Source of the DNA: Auanema rhodensis
Lineage: Eukaryota > Animalia > Nematoda
Direction: 5' to 3'
Length of the DNA stretch: 64,000 nucleotides
Assembly: GCA_964057225.1 (NCBI GenBank)
Contig: CAXKVF010000078.1
Coordinates: 124,001 to 188,000 of the forward strand
The position numbers were made by a program, and so were the translations under genes. This document shows, one piece after another, positions 13,301 to 28,257 of this stretch. Each line of letters starts with the position of its first letter. The first letter of the stretch is position 1. Below the pieces are notes generated by a model, which did no database searches, was not told the DNA's origin, and saw nothing but the letters and a program-made list of their open reading frames with translations.

Positions 13301-16300
13301 GACTAATATGGACATGGGGAATCTAATTTTGAAAACCGCATCTCTTTATCTTTCACGTGAAGCGAGTTACATACCAAGTGCACATCACGTGTACATTTAA
13401 TTAGCATAAATTAAAGTTCACGTAAACTTCAAAGTCATGGTTACCATGAAGCAATATCAATAAAAATTTGTTTTTAGACTAATATGGACATGGGGAATCT
13501 AATTTTGAAAACCGCATCTCTTTATCTTTCACGTGAAGCGAGTTACATACCAAGTGCACATCACGTGTACATTTAATTAGCATAAATTAAAGTTCACGTA
13601 AATTTCAAAGTCATGGTTACCATGAACCAATATCAATAAAAATTTGTTTTTAGACTAATATGGACATGGGGAATCTAATTTTGAAAACCGCATCTCTTTA
13701 TCTTTCACGTGAAGCGAGTTACATACCAAGTGCACATCACGTGTACATTTAATTAGCATAAATTAAAGTTCACGTAAACTTCAAAGTCATGGTTACCATG
13801 AAGCAATATCAATAAAAATTTGTTTTTAGACTAATATGGACATGGGGAATCTAATTTTGAAAACCGCATCTCTTTATCTTTCACGTGAAGCGAGTTACAT
13901 ACCAAGTGCACATCACGTGTACATTTAATTAGCATAAATTAAAGTTCACGTAAATTTCAAAGTCATGGTTACCACGAACCAATATCAATAAAAATTTGTT
14001 TTTAGACTAATATGGACATGGGGAATCTAATTTTGAAAACCTCATCTCTTTATCTTTCACGTGAAGCGAGTTACATACCAAGTGCACATCACGTGTACAT
14101 TTAATTAGCATAAATTAAAGTTCACGTAAATTTCAAAGTCATGGTTACCATGAACCAATATCAATAAAAATTTGTTTTTAGACTAATATGGACATGGGGA
14201 ATCTAATTTTGAAAACCGCATCTCTTTATCTTTCACGTGAAGCGAGTTACATACCAAGTGCACATCACGTGTACATTTAATTAGCATAAATTAAAGTTCA
14301 CGTAAATTTCAAAGTCATGGTTACCATCAACTAATATCAATAAAAATTTGTTTTTAGACTAATATGGACATGGGGAATCTAATTTTGAAAACCGCATCTC
14401 TTTATCTTTCACGTGAAGCGAGTTACATACCAAGTGCACATCACGTGTACATTTAATTAGCATAAATTAAAGTTCACGTAAATTTCAAAGTCATGGTTAC
14501 CATGAACCAATATCAATAAAAATTTGTTTTTAGACTAATATGGACATGGGGAATCTAATTTTGAAAACCGCATCTCTTTATCTTTCACGTGAAGCGAGTT
14601 ACATACCAAGTGCACATCACGTGTACATTTAATTAGCATAAATTAAAGTTCACGTAAAATTCAAAGTCATGGTTACCATGCACCAATATCAATAAAAATT
14701 TGTTTTTAGACTAATATGGACATGGGGAATCTAATTTTGAAAACCGCATCTCTTTATCTTTCACGTGAAGCGAGTTACATACCAAGTGCACATCACGTGT
14801 ACATTTAATTAGCATGAATTAAAGTTCACGTAAAATTCAAAGTCATGGTTACCATGCACCAATATCAATAAAAATTTGTTTTTAGACTAATATGGACATG
14901 GGGAATCTAATTTTGAAAACCGCATCTCTTTATCTTTCACGTGAAGCGAGTTACATACCAAGTGCACATCACGTGTACATTTAATTAGCATAAATTAAAG
15001 TTCACGTAAATTTCAAAGTCATGGTTACCATGCACCAATATCAATAAAAATTTGTTTTTAGACTAATATGGACATGGGGAATCTAATTTTGAAAACCGCA
15101 TCTCTTTATCTTTCACGTGAAGCGAGTTACATACCAAGTGCACATCACGTGTACATTTAATTAGCATAAATTAAAGTTCACGTAAATTTCAAAGTCATGG
15201 TTACCATGAAGCAATATCAATAAAAATTTGTTTTTAGACTAATATGGACATGGGGAATCTAATTTTGAAAACCGCATCTCTTTATCTTTCACGTGAAGCG
15301 AGTTACATACCAAGTGCACATCACGTGTACATTTAATTAGCATGAATTAAAGTTCACGTAAAATTCAAAGTCATGGTTACCATGCACCAATATCAATAAA
15401 AATTTGTTTTTAGACTAATATGGACATGGGGAATCTAATTTTGAAAACCGCATCTCTTTATCTTTCACGTGAAGCGAGTTACATACCAAGTGCACATCAC
15501 GTGTACATTTAATTAGCATAAATTAAAGTTCACGTAAATTTCAAAGTCATGGTTACCATGAACCAATATCAATAAAAATTTGTTTTTAGACTAATATGGA
15601 CATGGGGAATCTAATTTTGAAAACCGCATCTCTTTATCTTTCACGTGAAGCGAGTTACATACCAAGTGCACATCACGTGTACATTTAATTAGCATAAATT
15701 AAAGTTCACGTAAAATTCAAAGTCATGGTTACCATGCACCAATATCAATAAAAATTTGTTTTTAGACTGAAATGGACATGGGGAATCTAATTTTGAAAAC
15801 CGCATCTCTTTATCTTTCACGTGAAGCGAGTTACATACCAAGTGCACATCACGTGTACATTTAATTAGCATAAATTAAAGTTCACGTAAATTTCAAAGTC
15901 ATGGTTACCATGAACCAATATCAATAAAAATTTGTTTTTAGACTAATATGGACATGGGGAATCTAATTTTGAAAACCGCATCTCTTTATCTTTCACGTGA
16001 AGCGAGTTACATACCAAGTGCACATCACGTGTACATTTAATTAGCATAAATTAAAGTTCACGTAAATTTCAAAGTCATGGTTACCATGAACCAATATCAA
16101 TAAAAATTTGTTTTTAGACTAATATGGACATGGGGAATCTAATTTTGAAAACCGCATCTCTTTATCTTTCACGTGAAGCGAGTTACATACCAAGTGCACA
16201 TCACGTGTACATTTAATTAGCATAAATTAAAGTTCACGTAAATTTCAAAGTCATGGTTACCATGAAGCAATATCAATAAAAATTTGTTTTTAGACTAATA

Positions 16301-19300
16301 TGGACATGGGGAATCTAATTTTGAAAACCGCATCTCTTTATCTTTCACGTGAAGCGAGTTACATACCAAGTGCACATCACGTGTACATTTAATTAGCATA
16401 AATTAAAGTTCACGTAAATTTCAAAGTCATGGTTACCATGCACCAATATCAATAAAAATTTGTTTTTAGACTGATATGGACATGGGGAATCTAATTTTGA
16501 AAACCGCATCTCTTTATCTTTCACGTGAAGCGAGTTACATACCAAGTGCACATCACGTGTACATTTAATTAGCATAAATTAAAGTTCACGTAAATTTCAA
16601 AGTCATGGTTACCATGAACCAATATCAATAAAAATTTGTTTTTAGACTAATATGGACATGGGGAATCTAATTTTGAAAACCGCATTTCTTTATCTTTCAC
16701 GTGAAGCGAGTTACATACCAAGTGCACATCACGTGTACATTTAATTAGAATAAATTAAAGTTCACGTAAATTTCAAAGTCATGGTTACCATGAACCAATA
16801 TCAATAAAAATTTGTTTTTAGACTAATATGGACATGGGGAATCTAATTTTGAAAACCGCATCTCTTTATCTTTCACGTGAAGCGAGTTACATACCAAGTG
16901 CACATCACGTGTACATTCAATTAGCATAAATTAAAGTTCACGTAAATTTCAAAGTCATGGTTACCATGCACCAATATCAATAAAAATTTGTTTTTAGACT
17001 AATATGGACATGGGGAATCTAATTTTGAAAACCGCATCTCTTTATCTTTCACGTGAAGCGAGTTACATACCAAGTGCACATCACGTGTACATTTAATTAG
17101 CATAAATTAATGTTCACGTAAATTTCAAAGTCATGGTTACCATGAACCAATATCAATAAAAATTTGTTTTTAGACTAATATGGACATGGGGCATCTAATT
17201 TTGAAAACCGCATCTCTTTATCTTTCACGTGAAGCGAGTTACATACCAAGTGCACATCACGTGTACATTTAATTAGCATAAATTAAAGTTCACGTAAATT
17301 TCAAAGTCATGGTTACCACGAACCAATATCAATAAAAATTTGTTTTTAGACTAATATGGACATGGGGAATCTAATTTTGAAAACCGCATCTCTTTATCTT
17401 TCACGTGAAGCGAGTTACATACCAAGTGCACATCACGTGTACATTTAATTAGCATAAATTAAAGTTCACGTAAATTTCAAAGTCATGGTTACCATGAACC
17501 AATATCAATAAAAATTTGTTTTTAGACTAATATGGACATGGGGAATCTAATTTTGAAAACCGCATCTCTTTATCTTTCACGTGAAGCGAGTTACATACCA
17601 AGTGCACATCACGTGTACATTTAATTAGCATAAATTAAAGTTCACGTAAATTTCAAAGTCATGGTTACCATGAACCAATATCAATAAAAATTTGTTTTTA
17701 GACTAATATGGACATGGGGAATCTAATTTTGAAAACCGCATCTCTTTATCTTTCACGTGAAGCGAGTTACATACCAAGTGCACATCACGTGTACATTTAA
17801 TTAGCATAAATTAAAGTTCACGTAAATTTCAAAGTCATGGTTACCATGAACCAATATCAATAAAAATTTGTTTTTAGACTAATATGGACATGGGGAATCT
17901 AATTTTGAAAACCGCATCTCTTTATCTTTCACGTGAAGCGAGTTACATACCAAGTGCACATCACGTGTACATTTAATTAGCATAAATTAAAGTTCACGTA
18001 AATTTCAAAGTCATGGTTACCATGAAGCAATATCAATAAAAATTTGTTTTTAGACTAATATGGACATGGGGAATCTAATTTTGAAAACCGCATCTCTTTA
18101 TCTTTCACGTGAAGCGAGTTACATACCAAGTGCACATCACGTGTACATTTAATTAGCATAAATTAAAGTTCACGTAAACTTCAAAGTCATGGTTACCATG
18201 AAGCAATATCAATAAAAATTTGTTTTTAGACTAATATGGACATGGGGAATCTAATTTTGAAAACCGCATCTCTTTATCTTTCACGTGAAGCGAGTTACAT
18301 ACCAAGTGCACATCACGTGTACATTTAATTAGCATAAATTAAAGTTCACGTAAACTTCAAAGTCATGGTTACCATGAAGCAATATCAATAAAAATTTGTT
18401 TTTAGACTAATATGGACATGGGGAATCTAATTTTGAAAACCGCATCTCTTTATCTTTCACGTGAAGCGAGTTACATACCAAGTGCACATCACGTGTACAT
18501 TTAATTAGCATAAATTAATGTTCACGTAAATTTCAAAGTCATGGTTACCATGAACCAATATCAATAAAAATTTGTTTTTAGACTAATATGGACATGGGGC
18601 ATCTAATTTTGAAAACCGCATCTCTTTATCTTTCACGTGAAGCGAGTTACATACCAAGTGCACATCACGTGTACATTTAATTAGCATAAATTAAAGTTCA
18701 CGTAAATTTCAAAGTCATGGTTACCATGAACCAATATCAATAAAAATTTGTTTTTAGACTAATATGGACATGGGGAATCTAATTTTGAAAACCGCATCTC
18801 TTTATCTTTCACGTGAAGCGAGTTACATACCAAGTGCACATCACGTGTACATTTAATTAGCATAAATTAAAGTTCACGTAAATTTCAAAGTCATGGTTAC
18901 CATGAACCAATATCAATAAAAATTTGTTTTTAGACTAATATGGACATGGGGAATCTAATTTTGAAAACCGCATCTCTTTATCTTTCACGTGAAGCGAGTT
19001 ACATACCAAGTGCACATCACGTGTACATTTAATTAGCATAAATTAAAGTTCACGTAAATTTCAAAGTCATGGTTACCATGAACCAATATCAATAAAAATT
19101 TGTTTTTAGACTAATATGGACATGGGGAATCTAATTTTGAAAACCGCATCTCTTTATCTTTCACGTGAAGCGAGTTACATACCAAGTGCACATCACGTGT
19201 ACATTTAATTAGCATAAATTAAAGTTCACGTAAATTTCAAAGTCATGGTTACCATGAACCAATATCAATAAAAATTTGTTTTTAGACTAATATGGACATG

Positions 19301-21296
19301 GGGAATCTAATTTTGAAAACCGCATCTCTTTATCTTTCACGTGAAGCGAGTTACATACCAAGTGCACATCACGTGTACATTTAATTAGCATAAATTAAAG
19401 TTCACGTAAATTTCAAAGTCATGGTTACCATGAACCAATATCAATAAAAATTTGTTTTTAGACTAATATGGACATGGGGAATCTAATTTTGAAAACCGCA
19501 TCTCTTTATCTTTCACGTGAAGCGAGTTACATACCAAGTGCACATCACGTGTACATTTAATTAGCATAAATTAAAGTTCACGTAAATTTCAAAGTCATGG
19601 TTACCATGAAGCAATATCAATAAAAATTTGTTTTTAGACTAATATGGACATGGGGAATCTAATTTTGAAAACCGCATCTCTTTATCTTTCACGTGAAGCG
19701 AGTTACATACCAAGTGCACATCACGTGTACATTTAATTAGCATAAATTAAAGTTCACGTAAACTTCAAAGTCATGGTTACCATGAAGCAATATCAATAAA
19801 AATTTGTTTTTAGACTAATATGGACATGGGGAATCTAATTTTGAAAACCGCATCTCTTTATCTTTCACGTGAAGCGAGTTACATACCAAGTGCACATCAC
19901 GTGTACATTTAATTAGCATAAATTAAAGTTCACGTAAACTTCAAAGTCATGGTTACCATGAAGCAATATCAATAAAAATTTGTTTTTAGACTAATATGGA
20001 CATGGGGAATCTAATTTTGAAAACCGCATCTCTTTATCTTTCACGTGAAGCGAGTTACATACCAAGTGCACATCACGTGTACATTTAATTAGCATAAATT
20101 AAAGTTCACGTAAATTTCAAAGTCATGGTTACCATGAACCAATATCAATAAAAATTTGTTTTTAGACTAATATGGACATGGGGAATCTAATTTTGAAAAC
20201 CGCATCTCTTTATCTTTCACGTGAAGCGAGTTACATACCAAGTGCACATCACGTGTACATTTAATTAGCATAAATTAAAGTTCACGTAAACTTCAAAGTC
20301 ATGGTTACCATGAAGCAATATCAATAAAAATTTGTTTTTAGACTAATATGGACATGGGGAATCTAATTTTGAAAACCGCATCTCTTTATCTTTCACGTGA
20401 AGCGAGTTACATACCAAGTGCACATCACGTGTACATTTAATTAGCATAAATTAAAGTTCACGTAAATTTCAAAGTCATGGTTACCACGAACCAATATCAA
20501 TAAAAATTTGTTTTTAGACTAATATGGACATGGGGAATCTAATTTTGAAAACCTCATCTCTTTATCTTTCACGTGAAGCGAGTTACATACCAAGTGCACA
20601 TCACGTGTACATTTAATTAGCATAAATTAAAGTTCACGTAAATTTCAAAGTCATGGTTACCATGAACCAATATCAATAAAAATTTGTTTTTAGACTAATA
20701 TGGACATGGGGAATCTAATTTTGAAAACCGCATCTCTTTATCTTTCACGTGAAGCGAGTTACATACCAAGTGCACATCACGTGTACATTTAATTAGCATA
20801 AATTAAAGTTCACGTAAATTTCAAAGTCATGGTTACCATGCACCAATATCAATAAAAATTTGTTTTTAGACTAATATGGACATGGGGAATCTAATTTTGA
20901 AAACCGCATCTCTTTATCTTTCACGTGAAGCGAGTTACATACCAAGTGCACATCACGTGTACATTTAATTAGCATAAATTAAAGTTCACGTAAATTTCAA
21001 AGTCATGGTTACCATCAACTAATATCAATAAAAATTTGTTTTTAGACTAATATGGACATGGGGAATCTAATTTTGAAAACCGCATCTCTTTATCTTTCAC
21101 GTGAAGCGAGTTACATACCAAGTGCACATCACGTGTACATTTAATTAGCATAAATTAAAGTTCACGTAAATTTCAAAGTCATGGTTACCATGAACCAATA
21201 TCAATAAAAATTTGTTTTTAGACTAATATGGACATGGGGAATCTAATTTTGAAAACCGCATCTCTTTATCTTTCACGTGAAGCGAGTTACATACCA
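8097..21296 (+). repeat. Imperfect 37-39-monomer (about 6.5-6.9 kb) tandem block duplication: about 8097-14608 and 14609-21296
   Basis: C29A 9885/16749 and T71C 10455/17319 (offset 6864); T71C+G138T monomers 13905/20417 (offset 6512); G72C+C76T monomers 14257/20945 (offset 6688). The offsets differ by whole monomers. Confidence 0.85.
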
Positions 21297-22704
21297 AGTG
21301 CACATCACGTGTACATTTAATTAGCATAAATTAAAGTTCACGTAAATTTCAAAGTCATGGTTACCATGAACCAATATCAATAAAAATTTGTTTTTAGACT
21401 AATATGGACATGGGGAATCTAATTTTGAAAACCGCATCTCTTTATCTTTCACGTGAAGCGAGTTACATACCAAGTGCACATCACGTGTACATTTAATTAG
21501 CATAAATTAAAGTTCACGTAAATTTCAAAGTCATGGTTACCATGAACCAATATCAATAAAAATTTGTTTTTAGACTAATATGGACATGGGGAATCTAATT
21601 TTGAAAACCGCATCTCTTTATCTTTCACGTGAAGCGAGTTACATACCAAGTGCACATCACGTGTACATTTAATTAGCATAAATTAAAGTTCACGTAAATT
21701 TCAAAGTCATGGTTACCATGCACCAATAACAATAAAAATTTGTTTTTAGACTAATATGGACATGGGGAATCTAATTTTGAAAACCGCATCTCTTTATCTT
21801 CCACGTGAAGCGAGTTACATACCAAGTGCACATCACGTGTACATTTAATTAGCATAAATTAAAGTTCACGTAAACTTCAAAGTCATGGTTACCATGAAGC
21901 AATATCAATAAAAATTTGTTTTTAGACTAATATGGACATGGGGAATCTAATTTTGAAAACCGCATCTCTTTATCTTTCACGTGAAGCGAGTTACATACCA
22001 AGTGCACATCACGTGTACATTTAATTAGCATAAATTAAAGTTCACGTAAATTTCAAAGTCATGGTTACCATGAACCAATATCAATAAAAATTTGTTTTTA
22101 GACTAATATGGACATGGGGAATCTAATTTTGAAAACCGCATCTCTTTATCTTTCACGTGAAGCGAGTTACATACCAAGTGCACATCACGTGTACATTTAA
22201 TTAGCATAAATTAAAGTTCACGTAAATTTCAAAGTCATGGTTACCATGAAGCAATATCAATAAAAATTTGTTTTTAGACTAATATGGACATGGGGAATCT
22301 AATTTTGAAAACCGCATCTTTTTATCTTTCACGTGAAGCGAGTTACATACCAAGTGCACATCACGTGTACATTTAATTATCATGAATTAAAGTTCACGTA
22401 AATTTCAAAGTCATGGTTACCATGCACCAATATGAATAAAAATTTGTTTTTAGACTAATATGGACATGGGGAATCTAATTTTGAAAACCGCATCTCTTTA
22501 TCTTTCACGTGAAGCGAGTTACATACCAAGTGCACATCACGTGTACATTTAATTAGCATGAATTAAAGTTCACGTAAATTTCAAAGTCATGGTTACCATG
22601 CACCAATATGAATAAAAATTTGTTTTTAGACTAATATGGACATGGGGAATCTAATTTTGAAAACCGCATCTCTTTATCTTTCACGTGAAGCGAGTTACAT
22701 ACCA

Positions 22705-22841
22705 AGTGCACATCACGTGTACATTTAATTAGCATAAATTAAAGTTCACGTAAATTTTGTTTTTAGACTAATATGGACATGGGGAATCTAATTTTGAAAA
22801 CCGCATCTCTTTATCTTTCACGTGAAGCGAGTTACATACCA
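22705..22841 (+). repeat. Truncated 137-bp monomer (39-bp internal deletion)
   Basis: Junction reads CACGTAAATTTTGTTTTTAGAC; the next monomer starts at 22842. Confidence 0.97.
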
Positions 22842-23721
22842 AGTGCACATCACGTGTACATTTAATTAGCATAAATTAAAGTTCACGTAAATTTCAAAGT
22901 CATGGTTACCATGAAGCAATATCAATAAAAATTTGTTTTTAGACTATTATGGACATGAGGAATCTAATTTTGAAAACCGCATCTCTTTATCTTTCACGTG
23001 AAGCGAGTTACATACCAAGTGCACATCACGTGTACATTTAATTAGCATAAATTAAAGTTCACGTAAATTTCAAAGTCATGGTTACCATGAACCAATATCA
23101 ATAAAAATTTGTTTTTAGACTAATATGGACATGGGGAATCTAATTTTGAAAACCGCATCTCTTTATCTTTCACGTGAAGCGAGTTACATACCAAGTGCAC
23201 ATCACGTGTACATTTAATTAGCATAAATTAAAGTTCACGTAAATTTCAAAGTCATGGTTACCATGAAGCAATATCAATAAAAATTTGTTTTTAGACTAAT
23301 ATGGACATGGGGAATCTAATTTTGAAAACCGCATCTCTTTATCTTTCACGTGAAGCGAGTTACATACCAAGTGCACATCACGTGTACATTTAATTAGCAT
23401 GAATTAAAGTTCACGTAAATTTCAAAGTCATGGTTACCATGCACCAATATCAATAAAAATTTGTTTTTAGACTAATATGGACATGGGGAATCTAATTTTG
23501 AAAACCGCATCTCTTTATCTTTCACGTGAAGCGAGTTACATACCAAGTGCACATCACGTGTACATTTAATTATCATGAATTAAAGTTCACGTAAATTTCA
23601 AAGTCATGGTTACCATGCACCAATATGAATAAAAATTTGTTTTTAGACTAATATGGACATGGGGAATCTAATTTTGAAAACCGCATCTCTTTATCTTTCA
23701 CGTGAAGCGAGTTACATACCA

Positions 23722-23858
23722 AGTGCACATCACGTGTACATTTAATTAGCATAAATTAAAGTTCACGTAAATTTTGTTTTTAGACTAATATGGACATGGG
23801 GAATCTAATTTTGAAAACCGCATCTCTTTATCTTTCACGTGAAGCGAGTTACATACCA
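23722..23858 (+). repeat. Second truncated 137-bp monomer with an identical junction (6-monomer, 1017-bp duplication)
   Basis: Same junction as at 22705. Both are followed by a monomer carrying C75G+A106T+G117A. Confidence 0.97.
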
Positions 23859-26800
23859 AGTGCACATCACGTGTACATTTAATTAGCATAAATTAAAGTT
23901 CACGTAAATTTCAAAGTCATGGTTACCATGAAGCAATATCAATAAAAATTTGTTTTTAGACTATTATGGACATGAGGAATCTAATTTTGAAAACCGCATC
24001 TCTTTATCTTTCACGTGAAGCGAGTTACATACCAAGTGCACATCACGTGTACATTTAATTAGCATAAATTAAAGTTCACGTAAATTTCAAAGTCATGGTT
24101 ACCATGAACCAATATCAATAAAAATTTGTTTTTAGACTAATATGGACATGGGGAATCTAATTTTGAAAACCGCATCTCTTTATCTTTCACGTGAAGCGAG
24201 TTACATACCAAGTGCACATCACGTGTACATTTAATTAGCATAAATTAAAGTTCACGTAAATTTCAAAGTCATGGTTACCATGAAGCAATATCAATAAAAA
24301 TTTGTTTTTAGACTAATATGGACATGGGGAATCTAATTTTGAAAACCGCATCTCTTTATCTTTCACGTGAAGCGAGTTACATACCAAGTGCACATCACGT
24401 GTACATTTAATTAGCATGAATTAAAGTTCACGTAAATTTCAAAGTCATGGTTACCATGCACCAATATCAATAAAAATTTGTTTTTAGACTAATATGGACA
24501 TGGGGAATCTAATTTTGAAAACCGCATCTCTTTATCTTTCACGTGAAGCGAGTTACATACTAAGTGCACATCACGTGTACATTTAATTAGCATAAATTAA
24601 AGTTCACGTAAATTTCAAAGTCATGGTTACCATGCACCAATATCAATAAAAATTTGTTTTTAGACTAATATGGACATGGGGAATGTAATTTTGAAAACCG
24701 CATCTCTTTATCTTTCACGTGAAGCGAGTTACATACCAAGTGCACATCACGTGTACATTTAATTAGCATAAATTAAAGTTCACGTAAATTTCAAAGTCAT
24801 GGTTACCATGCACCAATATCAATAAAAATTTGTTTTTAGACTAATATGGACATGGGGAATCTAATTTTGAAAACCGCATCTCTTTATCTTTCACGTGAAG
24901 CGAGTTACATACCAAGTGCACATCACGTGTACATTTAATTAGCATAAATTAAAGTTCACGTAAATTTCAAAGTCATGGTTACCATGCACCAATATCAATA
25001 AAAATTTGTTTTTAGACTAATATGGACATGGGGAATCTAATTTTGAAAACCGCATCTCTTTATCTTTCACGTGAAGCGAGTTACATACCAAGTGCACATC
25101 ACGTGTACATTTAATTAGCATAAATTTAAGTTCACGTAAATTTCAAAGTCATGGTTACCATGCACCAATATCAATAAAAATTTGTTTTTAGACTAATATG
25201 GACATGGGGGATCTAATTTTGAAAACCGCATCTCTTTATCTTTCACGTGAAGCGAGTTACATACCAAGTGCACATCACGTGTACATTTAATTAGCATAAA
25301 TTAAAGTTCACGTAAATTTCAAAGTCATGGTTATCATGAACCAATATCAATAAAAATTTGTTTTTAGACTAATATGGACATGGGTAATCTAATTTTGAAA
25401 ACCGCATCTCTTTATCTTTCACGTGAAGCGAGTTACATACCAAGTGCACATCACGTGTACATTTAATTAGCATAAATTAAAGTTCACGTAAATTTCAAAG
25501 TCATGGTTACCATGAACCAATATCAATAAAAATTTGTTTTTAGACTAATATGGACATGGGGAATCTAATTTTGAAAACCGCATCTCTTTATCTTTCACGT
25601 GAAGCGAGTTACATACCAAGTGCACATCACGTGTACATTTAATTAGCATAAATTAAAGTTCACGTAAATTTCAAAGTCATGGTTACCATGCACCAATATC
25701 AATAAAAATTTGTTTTTAGACTAATATGGACATGGGGAATCTAATTTTGAAAACCGCATCTCTTTATCTTTCACGTGAAGCGAGTTACATACCAAGTGCA
25801 CATCACGTGTACATTTAATTAGCATAAATTAAAGTTCACGTAAATTTCAAAGTCATGGTTACCATGCACCAATATCAATAAAAATTTGTTTTTAGACTAA
25901 TATGGACATGGGGAATCTAATTTTGAAAACCGCATCTCTTTATCTTTCACGTGAAGAGAGTTACATACCAAGTGCACATCACGTGTACATTTAATTAGCA
26001 TAAATTAAAGTTCACGTAAATTTCAAAGTCATGGTTACCATGAACCAATATCAATAAAAATTTGTTTTTAGACTAATATGGACATGGGGAATCTAATTTT
26101 GAAAACCGCATCTCTTTATCTTTCACGTGAAGCGAGTTACATACCAAGTGCACATCACGTGTACATTTAATTAGCATAAATTAAAGTTCACGTAAATTTC
26201 AAAGTCATGGTTACCATGAACCAATATCAATAAAAATTTGTTTTTAGACTAATATGGACATGGGGAATCTAATTTTGAAAACCGCATCTCTTTATCTTTC
26301 ACGTGAAGAGAGTTACATACCAAGTGCACATCACGTGTACATTTAATTAGCATAAATTAAAGTTCACGTAAATTTCAAAGTCATGGTTACCATGAACCAA
26401 TATCAATAAAAATTTGTTTTTAGACTAATATGGACATGGGGAATCTAATTTTGAAAACCGCATCTCTTTATCTTTCACGTGAAGCGAGTTACATACCAAG
26501 TGCACATCACGTGTACATTTAATTAGCATAAATTAAAGTTCACGTAAATTTCAAAGTCATGGTTACCATGAACCAATATCAATAAAAATTTGTTTTTAGA
26601 CTAATATGGACATGGGGAATCTAATTTTGAAAACCGCATCTCTTTATCTTTTACGTGAAGCGAGTTACATACCAAGTGCACATCACGTGTACATTTAATT
26701 AGCATAAATTAAAGTTCACGTAAATTTCAAAGTCATGGTTACCATGAACCAATATCAATAAAAATTTGTTTTTAGACTAATATGGACATGGGGAATCTAA

Positions 26801-28257
26801 TTTTGAAAACCGCATCTCTTTATCTTTCACGTGAAGCGAGTTACATACCAAGTGCACATCACGTGTACATTTAAATAGCATAAATTAAAGTTCACGTAAA
26901 TTTCAAAGTCATGGTTACCATGCACCAATATCAATAAAAATTTGTTTTTAGACTAATATGGACATGGGGAATCTAATTTTGAAAACCGCATCTCTTTATC
27001 TTTCACGTGAAGCGAGTTACATACCAAGTGCACATCACGTGTACATTTAATTAGCATAAATTAAAGTTCACGTAAAATTCAAAGTCATGGTTACCATGCA
27101 CCAATATCAATAAAAATTTGTTTTTAGACTAATATGGACATGGGGAATCTAATTTTGAAAACCGCATCTCTTTATCTTTCACGTGAAGCGAGTTACATAC
27201 CAAGTGCACATCACGTGTACATTTAATTAGCATAAATTAAAGTTCACGTAAATTTCAAAGTCATGGTTACCATGAACCAATATCAATAAAAATTTGTTTT
27301 TAGACTAATATGGACATGGGGAATCTAATTTTGAAAACCGCATCTCTTTATCTTTCACGTGAAGCGAGTTACATACCAAGTGCACATCACGTGTACATTT
27401 AATTAGCATAAATTAAAGTTCACGTAAATTTCAAAGTCATGGTTACCATGAACCAATATCAATAAAAATTTGTTTTTAGACTAATATGGACATGGGGAAT
27501 CTAATTTTGAAAACCGCATCTCTTTATCTTTCACGTGAAGCGAGTTACATACCAAGTGCACATCACGTGTACATTTAATTAGCATAAATTAAAGTTCACG
27601 TAAATTTCAAAGTCATGGTTACCATGAAGCAATATCGATAAAAATTTGTTTTTAGACTAATATGGACATGGGGAATCTAATTTTGAAAACCGCATCTCTT
27701 TATCTTTCACGTGAAGCGAGTTACATACCAAGTGCACATCACGTGTACATTTAATTAGCATAAATTAAAGTTCACGTAAATTTCAAAGTCATGGTTACCA
27801 TGAACCAATATCGATAAAAATTTGTTTTTAGACTAATATGGACATGGGGAATCTAATTTTGAAAACCGCATCTCTTTATCTTTCACGTGAAGCGAGTTAC
27901 ATACCAAGTGCACATCACGTGTACATTTAATTAGCATAAATTAAAGTTCACGTAAATTTCAAAGTCATGGTTACCATGAAGCAATATCAATAAAAATTTG
28001 TTTTTAGACTAATATGGACATGGGGAATCTAATTTTGAAAACCGCATCTCTTTATCTTTCACGTGAAGCGAGTTACATACCAAGTGCACATCACGTGTAC
28101 ATTTAATTAGCATAAATTAAAGTTCACGTAAATTTCAAAGTCATGGTTACCATGAACCAATATCAATAAAAATTTGTTTTTAGACTAATATGGACATGGG
28201 GAATCTAATTTTGAAAACCGCATTTCTTTATCTTTCACGTGAAGCGAGTTACATACC

